The notes: generated by a model not told the origin, from the letters alone. A stretch of DNA of 63,465 nucleotides, filler included, from Octopus bimaculoides (GCF_001194135.2; 6 parts of 6 records of this genome joined end to end with filler, not necessarily neighbours in it), one strand, 5' to 3'; positions 10,557 through 23,405 are shown, numbered from the whole stretch's first letter. Program-made: numbers and translations.

Positions 10557-11039
10557 CACATACATTTATACATGCACACACACACGTATGTATGTGTATA
10601 TGTATGTATGTATGTATGTGTATATGTATGTATGTATGTTTGTATGTGAGCCTGTGTGTGTTAAATGCTTCATTGTCTTGACTTCATGTGATAGTTACTA
10701 ATGCATGTCACTGTCATGTTACTTTCACACTCCTTTTTTACTTTTATATTTAATTACACATCACAAGTCTATACCCGTTGAGTCAGCTTTCTTGCATTTA
10801 TTGACCAACGAATTTGAAGCTATGTCATTCTTAGATCACTTCAACAGAACTAAATTAGTACTGTGCATTCATGTTACCAGAATTAGTTTCATTTTTTTTT
10901 TATTGCTAGCCAACACTTAACTAACTACACAGGTAGCAAAAAAAAAAAAACAGAAAGAAAAGAAAACAGCTAAATACTGTAATGGATTTCAACCCACTTT
11001 TTAAAATACTTGGAAATCTCTCATGACCTATTTCTTATT

Positions 11040-11270
11040 TCTTTATTGCCCTAAAGGAGCTAAACATAGAGGGGACAAACAAGGAAAGACAAAGGGATTG
11101 AGTCAATTACATCGACCCAGTGCATAACTGATACTTAATTTATCAACCCCAAAAGGATGAAAGGCAAAGTCGGCCTCGGCGGAATTTGAACTCAGAATGT
11201 AATGGCAGACAAAATACCACTAAGCATTTCGCTCGGCGTGCTAACGTTTCTGCCAGCTCACTGCCTTCAT
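11040..11270 (-). mobile_element. SINE family B
   Basis: Reverse complement of 9450-9670. Confidence 0.85.
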
Positions 11271-11315
11271 GACCTATTTCTGCTAGAGAGTGATCTTTAG
11301 GAAAGTATTTTTTTA

Positions 11316-11535
11316 ATTCTTTTACTTGTTTCAGTCATTTAACTGTGGTCATGATGGAACATTCCCTTAAAGGATTATAGTCAAAGGATTCGACCCATGA
11401 CTTTTTTTTTCTGTAAGCCTAGTATTATTCTATCGGTCTCTTTTGCTGAACTGCTAGATTACGGGTACATAAACACACTAGCATCGATTGTCAAGCAATG
11501 ATGGTGGGACAAACAGACACACGCACACATAAATG

Positions 11536-11566
<31 letters not shown>

Positions 11567-12211
11567 TTTTCAAATTTACAGAAAACAAAAGTCAGGTGTT
11601 GGAACAAGAAGCAGGTGTATTAGTTTCACACTTGGAAAGAAAAGAAAAGACATTTATGTTTTGAGGCTACGCTCTTCTACAGAAAGGATTAAGAGGAAAA
11701 ATAGGAGAATGAAAAAAAAACGGAGTGAGAAAAAATTGTGTGTATATATATNNNNNNNNNNNNNNNNNNNNNNNNNNNNNNNNNNNNNNNNNNNNNNNNN
11801 NNNNNNNNNNNNNNNNNNNNNNNNNNNNNNNNNNNNNNNNNNNNNNNNNNNNNNNNNNNNNNNNNNNNNNNNNNNNNNNNNNNNNNNNNNNNNNNNNNNN
11901 NNNNNNNNNNNNNNNNNNNNNNNNNNNNNNNNNNNNNNNNNNNNNNNNNNNNNNNNNNNNNNNNNNNNNNNNNNNNNNNNNNNNNNNNNNNNNNNNNNNN
12001 NNNNNNNNNNNNNNNNNNNNNNNNNNNNNNNNNNNNNNNNNNNNNNNNNNNNNNNNNNNNNNNNNNNNNNNNNNNNNNNNNNNNNNNNNNNNNNNNNNNN
12101 NNNNNNNNNNNNNNNNNNNNNNNNNNNNNNNNNNNNNNNNNNNNNNNNNNNNNNNNNNNNNNNNNNNNNNNNNNNNNNNNNNNNNNNNNNNNNNNNNNNN
12201 NNNNNNNNNNN

Positions 12212-12246
<35 letters not shown>

Positions 12247-12385
12247 ACAGGCTTCTTTCAATTTCCATCTACCAAATCCACTCACCAGGCTTTGGTTGGC
12301 CTGAGGCTACAGTAGAAGACACTTGTCCAAGGTGCTACACAGTGGGACTGAACCTGGAATCATGTGGTTGGGAAGCAAGCCTCTC
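11316..12385 (-). mobile_element. SINE family A spanning an N-gap, with a PLE-like tail inserted in its internal microsatellite
   Basis: Tail half 11316-11540, head half 12240-12385; a foreign segment at 11575-11750 lies between them. Confidence 0.65.
11575..11750 (-). mobile_element. Penelope-like 3' tail with degenerate hammerhead-like core
   Basis: Minus strand ctgtagaagagcgtagcctcaaaacataaa...aaactaatacacctgc resembles 23840-23915. Confidence 0.4.
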
Positions 12386-12554
12386 AACACACAAGCACAG
12401 TAGCAATTTCTATAAAACCTTTTTATTTCATTAATTTTTTTTTGTATGTGTATGTATAACATAATACATACACAAATATACATGCATGCGCATAACCATA
12501 TACATACATATACTTTCATACACAAATACACATACATACATTCACACACTGAAA

Positions 12555-12880
12555 ATGGTGTGGTTGTGTGGTAAGAAGCTTGCTTCCTAACCACATGGTT
12601 CTGGGTTCAGTTCTATTGCATGGCACCTTGGGTAAGTGTCTTTTACTATAGCCTTGGGCCAACCAAAGCCTTGTGAGAGGATTTGATAGACGGAAACTGG
12701 AAGAAGCCTATTGTGTATATATATATATGTATGTATGTATGTATTTGTGTTTGTCTGTCCCTCAACCATCACTTGATAACCGATGTTGGTGTGTTTACAT
12801 CCCTATAACTTAAGGATTCAGCAAAAGTGACCAATAAAATAAATACCAGGCTTACAAAGAATAAGTCCTTGTGGGTGATT
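12555..12880 (+). mobile_element. SINE family A, diverged
   Basis: Head, core and internal microsatellite recognisable; tail truncated. Confidence 0.8.
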
Positions 12881-13189
12881 AGGCCTGAACACAATGTAAA
12901 TATTTTTGAGTGTGGTTGACCCAATTACACACACTGTTTTTATGACTGTCCCCTCTTTGATTTCAGCCATTGTTAATCCCTTCTCCCTTCCTCTATTCTT
13001 TCTATTCCTTCCCATTCGTCCTTCTTTTCTAATTCATTTCTCTTCCCCTTTATCTCTCTTCCATTTACCTTATACTTAATGCCTCTCTTCATTCCTTCCC
13101 CCTTTCCTGTCTCACTCTTTCAGTGTTCAGCTTGGTTATAACTACAACAAAATGACTCTGTTATAATAAGTAGCATTAATTCTCCAGGT

Positions 13190-14163
13190 CAGGGGTTCTC
13201 AACCATTTTTTTTATCTATGGACCCTTTCATTACCATTTTATTCTGGTGGACCCCCAAAGCCATTCAACATTTAAAAACTAGTTTTACACAAACTTCTTT
13301 CAAAATTCCTATTTTGTTTTTCACACATTCCCTTGCACAGGCGTAGGCGTGGCTGTGTGGTAAGTAGCTTGCTTACCAACCACATGGTTCCGGATTCAGT
13401 CCCACTGTGTGGCATCTTGGGCAAGTGTCTTCTACTATAGCCTCGGGCCGACCAAAGCCTTGTGAGTGGATTTGGTAGACGGAAACTGAAAGAAGCCCGT
13501 CGTATATATGTATATATATGTATGTGTGTGTGTATGTGTGTATGCTTGTGTGTCTGTGTTTGTCCCCCCAACATCGCTTGACAACCGATGCTGGTGTGTT
13601 TATGTCCCCGTGACTTAGCGGTTCGGCAACAGAGACCGATAGAATAAGTACTAGGTTTACAAAGAATAAGTCCTGGGGTCGATTTGCTCGACTAAAGGTG
13701 GTGCTCCAGCATGGCCACAGTCAAATGACTGAAACAAGTAAAAGAGTAAAAAGAGTATAGGTTCAACTGTGTAAAATGTTAGAGAAAGAAGCCTAGCTGT
13801 TTCTTGCAATAAATACCAATACATACATATAAAGCAGGGGTTCTCAGCCATTTTTTATCTACGGACCCCTTTGATTACTATTTTATTCTGGTGGACCCTA
13901 TAGCCATTCTATGTTTAAAAACTAGTTTTATAGAGACTTCTTTCAAAATTCCTATTTTGTTTATCAGACATTCCCTTGTGTAGATTGAACTAAGTAAAAT
14001 GTTTGAGAAAGAAACCTAACTGTTTCTTGCAATACATACCAATACATACACCTAAAGCAAAAGTTTTTGAGGAACCCTCGAAATATTATTGTGATCTCCA
14101 GTTTGACTATTTTGTTGGTTGGACCCCCAAAAATCTTATATGGACCCTGGTTGAGAATCTCTG
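13190..14163 (+). mobile_element. hAT-type non-autonomous element with duplicated 5' part and a nested SINE
   Basis: TIR caggggttctcaacc ... ggttgagaatctctg; 8-bp flanks ctccaggt / ctctaggt (7/8); second head caggggttctcagcc at 13835. Confidence 0.75.
13341..13755 (+). mobile_element. SINE family A, full-length young-looking copy
   Basis: Complete head-core-microsatellite-tail with CpGs largely intact; ends aaaagagtaaaaagag. Confidence 0.9.
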
Positions 14164-14304
14164 CTCTAGGTCATTCAATTTTTCTCAACCAATCGATGGG
14201 CCAATTGGGTAAACCAATCGATAACAACCTATAATGACTACTGCTGAGTCAAATTTATTACAATAAAGAAATATGTGATGACCATTAGTTATGTCTTGTC
14301 CAAT

Positions 14305-14642
14305 AGGTGCAGGAGTGGCTGTGTAGTAAGAAGCTTGCTTTCTAACCTTATAGTTCTGGGTTCAGTCCCACTGCATGGCACCTTGGGCAAGTGTCTTCTA
14401 CTTGTGAGTGGATTTGGTAGACGGAAACTGAAAGAAGCCCGTCATATATGTGTATATGTTTGTGTTTGTTCCCCCACCATCACTTGACAACCGATGTTGG
14501 TGTGTTTACATCCCCGTAACTTAGCGGTTTGGTAAAAGAGGCCGATAGAATAAATACTAGGCTTACAAAGAATAAGTACTGGGGTCAATTTTAGGCAGTG
14601 CTCCAGCATGGCTGCAGTCAAATGACTGAAACAAATAAAAGA
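14305..14642 (+). mobile_element. SINE family A with small internal deletions
   Basis: Collinear with 13341-13755 but lacks the tatagcctcgggccgaccaaagc segment. Confidence 0.85.
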
Positions 14643-14769
14643 ATGTGTGTGTGTGTGTAATATTTTGGACAAATGAGTATATGTCAGCTAGTGTGCTGAT
14701 GTGTTGAGTAAAGTACTAGCACAGTTTGGGCAACATTTCTGTGACCCAGACTGCAAAATTGATGCAACA

Positions 14770-14885
14770 CAATATGATGTACAGCATCCCACCCATAAGG
14801 GACAGTCACAGGATGGGTCAAAACGATCGTTGTACAAAATAAAAGAGTTATACTAATTCCATCTTCTGTTTACTTAATCGATTAC
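14770..14885 (+). repeat. Repeat (possible PLE-like 3' end); second copy at ~54850-54960
   Basis: gggacag....a.gatgggtc(g/a)aaacgatcgt...aataaa...tacta..tcca.cttctgttt.ctt.atc shared by both copies. Confidence 0.5.
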
Positions 14886-15384
14886 CACACACACACGTGT
14901 ATGTATGTATATATATATGTATATATGTATGTAGCTGCGTGAGTGTATGTGTCTTTGTTTCTCTCCACCACTGTTTGATAAGTGGTGTTGGGGTGTTTAC
15001 ATCCCCATTACTTTATCTAGCAGCACCTCTCCTTTGACTCAGCTTTGATAAGTTTGAAAGCTAAATAAACGGAGAGAAGTTGTAACTAGATGAAATCTCC
15101 AGACAGTTTAAATGCACAAGACTCCGATATTCAAGTAGCTAAAAAGTGTCAGACGAAGGGCACCTGAGAGTCATGACCTGGATGTGGCTCTGCTCCCTTA
15201 AAGTGTGAGAAGCTAAGGGCTGAAACACTTGCCTGAGTGTGTGTGTGGGAGGGAGTTCTCTGAAGACCTTCAACTGTTCAGCTCTCTTGAGAGTTTCTTA
15301 CCACTACATTGGACCAAGTTAAGGGTTGATGTCGGTTATAAAAAAAAAAAACAAAGCAAATAGATCATTATAGTTTAGCTGGCA

Positions 15385-15706
15385 CTTGTGCCAGTGGCAC
15401 GTGTAAAGACATTCAAGTGAGATCGTTGCCAGTGCTGCTGGACTGGCTCCTGTGCAGGTGGCACGTAAAATACACCATTTTGAGCATGGCCGTTGCCAGT
15501 ACCGCTTGACTGGCCTTCGTGCCGGTGGCACGTAAAAGCACCCACTACACTCTCGGAGTGGTTGGCGTTAGGAAGGGCATCCAGCTGTAGAAACTCTGCC
15601 AAATTAGATTGGAGCCTGGTGTTGCCATCCGGTTTCACCAGTCCTCAGTCAAATCGTCCAACCCATGCTAGCATGGAAAGTGGACGTTAAACGATGATGA
15701 TGATGT
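15385..15706 (+). mobile_element. SINE/LINE-tail family C with (GAT)n tail
   Basis: ...gttggcgttaggaagggcatccagctgtagaaac...cccatgctagcatggaaagtggacgttaaacgatgatgatgatg. Confidence 0.85.
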
Positions 15707-17504
15707 ATTTCTTCTCCTTCTGTACTTAAGCAAAATGTCTTGTATTCCAAATACCCATAACCTTCCCAGAAGTAGTGGACAGAGAAGATAGATGGATGGA
15801 GGCTAACATGATAGAATGATCCACCAATGAATTAGATCTTATAAGTCACCTGAAATACTCAAAGTGATGAAATAATAATAACAAAAACATTCAATATTTT
15901 TACTTATTTATTTTCAAAAGGTTTTAAATTCCAAAAACAAAATATAAAAAGTTTACGAACTAAACGGTATCAAGAATTTAAAATAAAAGGAGTGTTCTGT
16001 GTATGTTGTAAGCAAGTTAAAGATATCTAAAGTATTTAATTAAATTACCTTTTTGTTTATAAAACAAAAAGTAATTTAAATTATTTTCATTTTTAACTGC
16101 TTATCAAAATACGATATGTGAATTATGTAAAAAAAAAATTTAAACATCTATGTACATAATATTAGTTATTTACATACACCAAAGTAAATGTTAGTTATTT
16201 ATATACCACAACTCATAAATGTAGGTGTTTGTGTATAATATTTTCATATTTTAGTTAACCTTTTTCTCAGAAAAAGAAAGAAGAAAAGTAAAAAAAAATT
16301 TGGCTGTTTGGGACATACTATGAATGTTTCAACTTGAATAGTATCATAAAGGTGCATTTTTGATAGCACTACAATGGTGCTTTTCACCAAGATATTCATG
16401 GACAACATACAAAAGAAATATCTTTAACCAGATTTTAAATTAGTATTCAATAACATATAAACAGTTTTTAAGAAATAAAATAACTTAATAATTATTTACA
16501 AAAAAAAAGAAAGAAAAAATGTAATCCAACATATTTTCCTAAATATTAGCTCTGTATTTTCCATAATTTAATTATATAAAAAAAAGAAGACATTCTCTAG
16601 TTTTCTCTTTTTCAATTCATCTGATAAGTGAAACAAAAAAATAACTTACCATAGAATCTGATATGTATTGATCTCTTTACAAAGAAAATTAAAAAAATTA
16701 AATGCCAAAATATTCAAATTAAATATTTGATTAGGTTGTTAAAAAAAAAACTTTCTTAAGCAAAACAAAATGCAAAGGTATTTATTATTTTTTAAAAATC
16801 CTTTTACATATTTATTTATTTTAAAATCTTTTTCTTAATGAATGCATGATAAATCTACTCAACATTTCTATTTTATAGTTCGTCAAATAACTGTTTCTTT
16901 CTGGCAAATAATCCACCATTGCATTCATTTGGATTATCTTTTAACTCTACATCTTTGATCCAATTAGAAGCCCCAGTTATAATGTTACATTAATAATAAC
17001 ATCAATCCTTGATTATCACTACCTGAGACAAAAATTCCCACCAACTATCAAGTGAGTCCTAGAGAGAGTTTTCTTCCCTATTAATTACATGAATAGTCTC
17101 AGCTGATCAAACCGCTTCAGTTTAAATTTTTGCATGTGAGAAACTAATACACCATATGTGTATTTTCAGAATGCTCTCCTGGAGGATTTTCTCCCTAGTG
17201 CAGCAGATGAATTCATAGGACAGGGATATCTCAGTATTAAAATATGATAAAACATGATTCATCAACACTATTATGTATCATAGCCTTTAAATAGCTGAGA
17301 CAATTTTTTTTTAATGCAGTTTGCATTGTTTTCTTATTACAGCAGTTGGTTGAGCCGGAAGCTGAGTTATTATAGTCAGTTGTAAAATTTTAGCCATACA
17401 TTCATCTCCCTTCTAATTAATTTAACTAGGTCCAAGCCTTATAATTTTAGCCTTCTAATTAATTTAACTAGTTCCAAGCAGCTGCTAATTTATGGTAATC
17501 ATTT

Positions 17505-17705
17505 GTTCAAATATTGGCACAAGGCCAGCAATTTCAGGAGAGGGGTTAAGTCGATTACATTGACCCTAGTGATCAACTGATATTTATTTTATTGACCCCA
17601 GGTAAAGTTGGCCTTGGCAGAATTTGAACTCAAAAAATGTAAAGATGGATGAAATGCCACTAAGCATTTTGCCTAGTGAGCTAACAATTCTGCCAGCTTG
17701 CCAAG
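17505..17705 (-). mobile_element. SINE family B, CpG-decayed
   Basis: ggccttggcagaatttgaactc...gatggatgaaatgccactaagc...ctaacaattctgccagc. Confidence 0.8.
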
Positions 17706-18228
17706 TTAAATTTGTTCGGATATATTAATTCTTATCATAACACTTTCAACTCTTACATCCCCTTCCTTGAACTGTTAAAGTTCATAAGCCCTCTTTCATT
17801 ATACTCCGTATCCCAGTTTGGCTTCAAGTGGGTGGATAGTTTTGAGGCTGGTAACATTGGTACAGTTCTTCTGAACATAACCGGTTTTTCTATATGTAAA
17901 AAATCTTTGTTAATTAATCAAACAGGCTTGGGTAGAATATACTATGCCAATATAAGCTAACAGATGGAATCATATCCACATTTGTCTCTGGACAAATTTT
18001 TCCCAAGACATATAAATTAACGAACAGATTAATTCTTAATTTCTCAAAATGACCTCCCTGACCCTTTTTTTTTTTTTGTTTTTTAGACTTTATAGCATTA
18101 TTATCAGGTTTTTATAGTCTTTTTCTAAAAGGGAAATTTTGGTTATGAATAATTTTTCACATACAGCATTCAGTACATCACTCTTTGGAACATGAGCTGA
18201 TTATCAAATACTTCACAAGATATTTTAA

Positions 18229-20386
18229 AAAGCCAGGCTTAGGAAGAGCCCTGAGAACAGACAATGTCCCATATGATGTTTATAAGCAGCTTTCTGGGCC
18301 CCACACAAACTGTTTATGATGGTGATATTGTAATATTGAAAGAAACTTGGCAGAAAAAAAAAAAGGTTTGGCTTCTCTGTGATGCAGATTGGGTGGTGTA
18401 TTTCCACTGACAGAAGCGAATTTAGTACACTTAACAAAGTTTCAACTGATCTCTCTGCTGAATATTGATGGTAAGGTCTTTGCTGGCATAACAGCACAAT
18501 AAGTCATGAAATCAAAACAGCTATACTATAATTTCTGTACAGAAATTGATTTTCCAGGAATGCATGGTTTTACAGGAGTGAAATCTGGGAAAAGATTCCA
18601 TGTGCCAAGAAGGATAGACAGGATTTTGTGATTGTCTGATTAGAGTTAGCAAATGCCTTATGGTTCCATATCACAAGTTCTTGTGGGAGCACATCTGGAA
18701 TACCATAAATATGCAGGAACTGATGATGGTAATACTATAAATATTTTTTAAGAGTTGTTCTGCTACAAACTTTAGAACAAAATGGCAAAGATAGAAACTA
18801 AAATATCACCATCCTAGCACAGAATAATAAAGTCATGAGCAATATCTTATCATGGCTGGATAAATTAATTGATTGAACTGGAATGAATTTCAAGACCAAG
18901 AATTCAAGACATGTAGTAAAACTACAAAGAGAAAAACATGACAACAACAAATACAAGACAGTTGGAGAGCTCATGCTGTATCTACCAAAAAGGATATGCC
19001 CAAGTTTATATACAAGTATGCACACTGGGACTCCCATTTGCTTCAACTTCAATCATGCAACAGCACAAGTGTGGAAAAGTATGCACAATTATATTGCTGT
19101 GAAACTCAGAAGTTTGAATGAAATGTTCAGACCCATCAAAAAAAACAAAAAAAAAACAAACTACACATGGCAAAAATGGAGGGCAGAAGAAGCAACTGAA
19201 GAATTTATATGATTATTACAATACCAGGATATTATTGGAGAAGTACAATCAACAACAAAGGTGTAAGGTCATGGACCTTTCATACCTTCATTGTCAATGG
19301 CAAAGAAGTAGAAAAAAAAAGGAGGCAATTCAAGAAGGAATGGAGGAAGAAAAGACAAACAGATGATATATACAATTAGTGCAGAGCCATAAATAAATCA
19401 ACATCTTAGTTGTGAAAGTAAAGTAATTGAAAGAAAAGTGTCCTGCAGTGAAACATGGAACTGGGAACAAGCTCACATAAGTTTCTTGATTCTGGCTATC
19501 TTATGATATGCTATAAGGTTAGTCAACTGTGTTTGTAACAAGGGGAAAACAAGACATAGTCTCTTTAGCTGCCACATAAGTTTACAAAAACAGTATTTAT
19601 GGTAATATTATAGAGTTCTGACTGTTGTCAGTGCTGCAGCAGAAAGGAAGCTCACTGATATTAAACAATGGCTTGTTACTTTTAATCAGAAAAACAAGAC
19701 TTGTTCAGATCCATAATCAGGGTATTGTATACTAAAACACGAACAAACCTCAAAACAGATCAATACCAGATGGAGTGAGAAAAAGCAAGTGGTGACTGAT
19801 TTAAGAAGGACACACTTCCAGCTGTAGTTACATGCCTAAGGCTCAATCTGGTGTTGTGGAACCTGGGTAAGAATGTCGTCAAGATCATGGAGCTCACCAT
19901 TAGCTGATAGTCAAACAATGGACATGACTTACAAATGAAAATTACAAAGCACTCATTGATGAAAGTGTGGAATATGGAGTAAAGTGTTAATAGTAGAAGT
20001 TGGATGTCAAGGTTACATCAAAAGTAGATTATTAGCTCTACTGATGAGGCTGGGATTTGTAACAAAAGGGAAAAGACAACTCATCATAAAGAAAGTCATA
20101 CAAAAAAAAACCTATTTTGGGATTCAGCCTAAGTTAAATAACACCTGTAAAGAAGAATTTAAAAAAAAAAAGAAAACAACCCTCAGATGGATTGTTTCTC
20201 ATATGAAGCCAGTTTACAGATGAAGCATGATCTTTTCTATGATAAAGGCAGTGAAACCAAATGATCATCACAACCACTAGTTATAATGAAGTGCAAAGAC
20301 CTGGCTTCAACACTTAAAAGTACATTTAAACTTCACATGAATATTCTGGAAGCTTTCAACAGACTGCCCATAATTTGAAGAATTAA
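18229..20386 (+). mobile_element. 5'-truncated, decayed HERO/NeSL-like (RLE) non-LTR retrotransposon: RT, zinc knuckle remnant and endonuclease
   Basis: Motifs in order: KFQLISLLNIDGKVFAG (~18438); IWEKIPCAKKDRQDFVIV*LELANA-YGS (~18585-18668); GMNFKTKNSR (~18880); KWRAEEA (~19175); SCHISLQKQYLW (~19567); FP..CLRLNLVLW..KIMELTIS (~19817-19905); VEVGCQGY (~19995). Many frameshifts; 32-bp direct repeats flank it. Confidence 0.8.
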
Positions 20387-20719
20387 CTGATTATCAAATA
20401 CTGCACAAGATATTTTAAGCTTTAGCCAACTTTCTACATTTATGTATTTTAATCAGTATTCTAGTAAAGAATTAGCAAAAAGTGATAGATAGGGCTTAGG
20501 TACCTAGTCTCTTAACTCTTCATTTCTTGATCTTATTTAGTATCTATACATTCACTCGAGTTGAAAGAAATAGTAACCAAATCTACGAATTATGCCCCAA
20601 TGTCTTGAACAAAAAGAAAGAATTTATTAAATAATAATAATAATAAATAATAATAATAATAATAATAATAATAATCCTTTCAACTATAGGTACAAGGCCT
20701 GACTTAATAATAATAATAA

Positions 20720-20930
20720 TTGGTTTCAAATTTCAGCACAAGGCCAGCAAGTCTGAGATGGGGTTAAGTCGATTACATTGGCTCCAGTATGCAACTGGTA
20801 CTTATTTTATCGACCCCAAAAGGATGAAAGGCAACGTCAACCTTGGCGGAATTTGATCTCAGAATGCAGCAATAGGCAAAATACTGCTAAGCAGTTCATC
20901 CAGTGCACTAACAATTCTGCCAGCTCACCT
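20720..20930 (-). mobile_element. SINE family B, CpG-decayed, adjacent to (AAT)n
   Basis: gggttaagtcgattacattg...tttatcgaccccaaaaggatgaaaggc...ttctgccagctcacc. Confidence 0.8.
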
Positions 20931-21639
20931 TATTATTACCTCCGCCTTCAACAAAGAGGAAAAAAAAAGAAATTTAACTTTGTTGAATGAAAGGAAATGC
21001 AGGATGTAATGAGATGAGAGTAACAACTTTAAGCTGATAACTTTACTGTGTCTGCCATCTCACTGTCTTAATATGGATGAAATATTAGTATTTACAACTT
21101 TGGAAATTATTTTTACATTTCATCATAAATTTATAGGAGAAATGTAGGAAATAAAATTCAATTGTATGGATCTGAAACAAAATGTATCAAATAGTATATT
21201 TCGGGTAGTTTGGTGCCTATAACATTTTAAATTTGATTAGATATTTCAAACATAGTATTAGTGGTTGGTATTGTGTGTGTGTGTATGCACATATATATAT
21301 ATATATACACACATATGGGCTCATACATACATACATCCAACCATCCATCCATCCGCACACACACACACATTTGTTGATTCACCACAAGTGATAAATTACA
21401 AGATTCAATACAAGTGTAGAGTATTCTTCAATACATTACAACTGAAAGGTTCCGATTTTCAGTACTCATTATTACTCATTTCCAATCATCAATGGTACAC
21501 TGGGCAGGGTTTACTTTTGAATATCCACTGTCTGAATATTTTTTTAATATATTGAAGGCAATGCTTATTTTGTTCTTTCATTTAGAATGTAATGATAAAT
21601 GTTTCCTTCAAACTTTCATTTCATATTTCAAAAATATTC

Positions 21640-22126
21640 GAGTGGCTGTGTGGTAAGTAGCTTGCTTACGAACTACATGGTTCCGGGTTCAGTCCCACTA
21701 CATGGCACCTTGGGCAAGTGTCTTCTACTATAGCTTCACGCCAACCAAAGCCTTGTGAGTGGATTTGGTAGATGGAAACTGAAAGAAGCCCGTCGTATAT
21801 ATGTNNNNNNNNNNNNNNNNNNNNNNNNNNNNNNNNNNNNNNNNNNNNNNNNNNNNNNNNNNNNNNNNNNNNNNNNNNNNNNNNNNNNNNNNNNNNNNNN
21901 NNNTGTGTGTGTGTGTGTATATGTTTGTGTGTCTGTGTTTGTCCCCCCAACATCGCTTGACAACCGATGCTGGTGTGTTTACGTCCTCGTAACTTAGCAG
22001 TTCGGCAAAAGAGACCGATAGAATAAGTACTAGGCTTACAAAGAATAAGTCCTGGGATCGATTTGCTCAACTAAAGGTGGTGCTCCAGCATGGCCACAGT
22101 CAAATGACTGAAACAAGTAAAAGAGA
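21640..22126 (+). mobile_element. SINE family A spanning an N-gap
   Basis: Head 21640-21804, tail 21904-22126. Confidence 0.85.
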
Positions 22127-23305
22127 TATTGAATATTCAAAAGAAAACCAGGCTCAGTTTAACAGCTGATGATTGGAAACGAACAACTTGGAGCCCTGGA
22201 AATCAAAGCCTTTCAATTATAAGGATTAAATACACACACACACACACACACACACACAAAGAAAGAGAGAAACATGGAAGAATGGAGAAAATGAGTCAAA
22301 GAGAAGAGACTGAATGTGTAAATAGTTAAATACATATTAGACTGTTATAGGCTGGTGAATTTAGGAAACATAGCATTCAGTTTGAATTGTTGTAGTTCAG
22401 TGTTTGAAAGCAAAATACGGGTGAGAAAAGGGTGGCACTGAGATAGAAATTTGGGGAAAGAGTTATAAAAATTATTACATTTAGAGTTTGGTGAGAAAAT
22501 AACAGGATGTAATGACTCAATTGAAATGATAGAGATACACACACATGCGCGTACACAAGAAAGTATGATTGAGCTAAAAGGAATTTTGTGATAGTATCAT
22601 CATGACATAACATTAAAAATGTTAAAATAGCATATAAATTTGTCATCCTTTAACCAAATTGTTAGTAAAAGGTAAGTTTCAAGCCCTTATAGGCAAAGTA
22701 GCATCTCATGAAAATCTACTACATATAATGATGACAACTCTTACGTTATGAGTACTGACTTTTAATTATATCAGTAAGGTAAATTTCTGGAACTGAATAA
22801 AGTATGTGTTAAACACAGACCATTTAGAAGGTGGAGGGAGGGGAATAAAATAACAGGATGTGTTAGCAGTCTGTTGTAAAAGGGAATAAACAAATAAGTA
22901 TGAAAAAAAAGTCTGTATGGATACTCTAAGATTAATGATGTTTAACAGAGTAGTTGTTTCACAAACATTAGTAACAGTTTTTACCAAATGATGCTGGTTG
23001 GCTTCTCAAACATTGAAACTATTAGTAATATTATATTTAGTTTTTCTATGTCAAAACTTATTACTTTAAACAACAGTTCAATGGAACATGAAGTAAAATT
23101 TGGCTTTGTGTCTAAAATAAAAACTTCAATATTTAATTCATAAAAATAGTTTTATACAAAAATATAAAACTTTTCAACATACTAAATCCCAAAAAGAAGG
23201 CAACTAATTAAAAAAGGAATTGGACATTTTCTTTCTTTCTTACTACCACATCTAGCTCATGCACCAAATGTTAAATTTCCAAAGGCTCTTTGTACATGGC
23301 TAATA

Positions 23306-23405
23306 NNNNNNNNNNNNNNNNNNNNNNNNNNNNNNNNNNNNNNNNNNNNTTAATTAATTAANNNNNNNNNNNNNNNNNNNNNNNNNNNNNNNNNNNNNNN
23401 NNNNN
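23306..23405. other. Synthetic scaffold spacer (44 N + TTAATTAATTAA + 44 N)
   Basis: Same structure occurs five times; the 12-mer is palindromic and gives TAA stops in all six frames. Confidence 0.95.

Noticed and set aside
13341-13420. tRNA genes at SINE heads
   Set aside because: Only box A/B-like motifs; no full cloverleaf, and each continues into SINE body and tail.
17712-17960. 82-aa plus-strand ORF and a knuckle-like minus-strand YRKTGYVQKNC
   Set aside because: Non-ATG start, no recognisable family, and the knuckle lacks the required Cys/His.
23350-23361. TTAATTAATTAA as a biological motif (PacI or piggyBac site)
   Set aside because: Always centred in exactly 44+44 N; an assembly linker.
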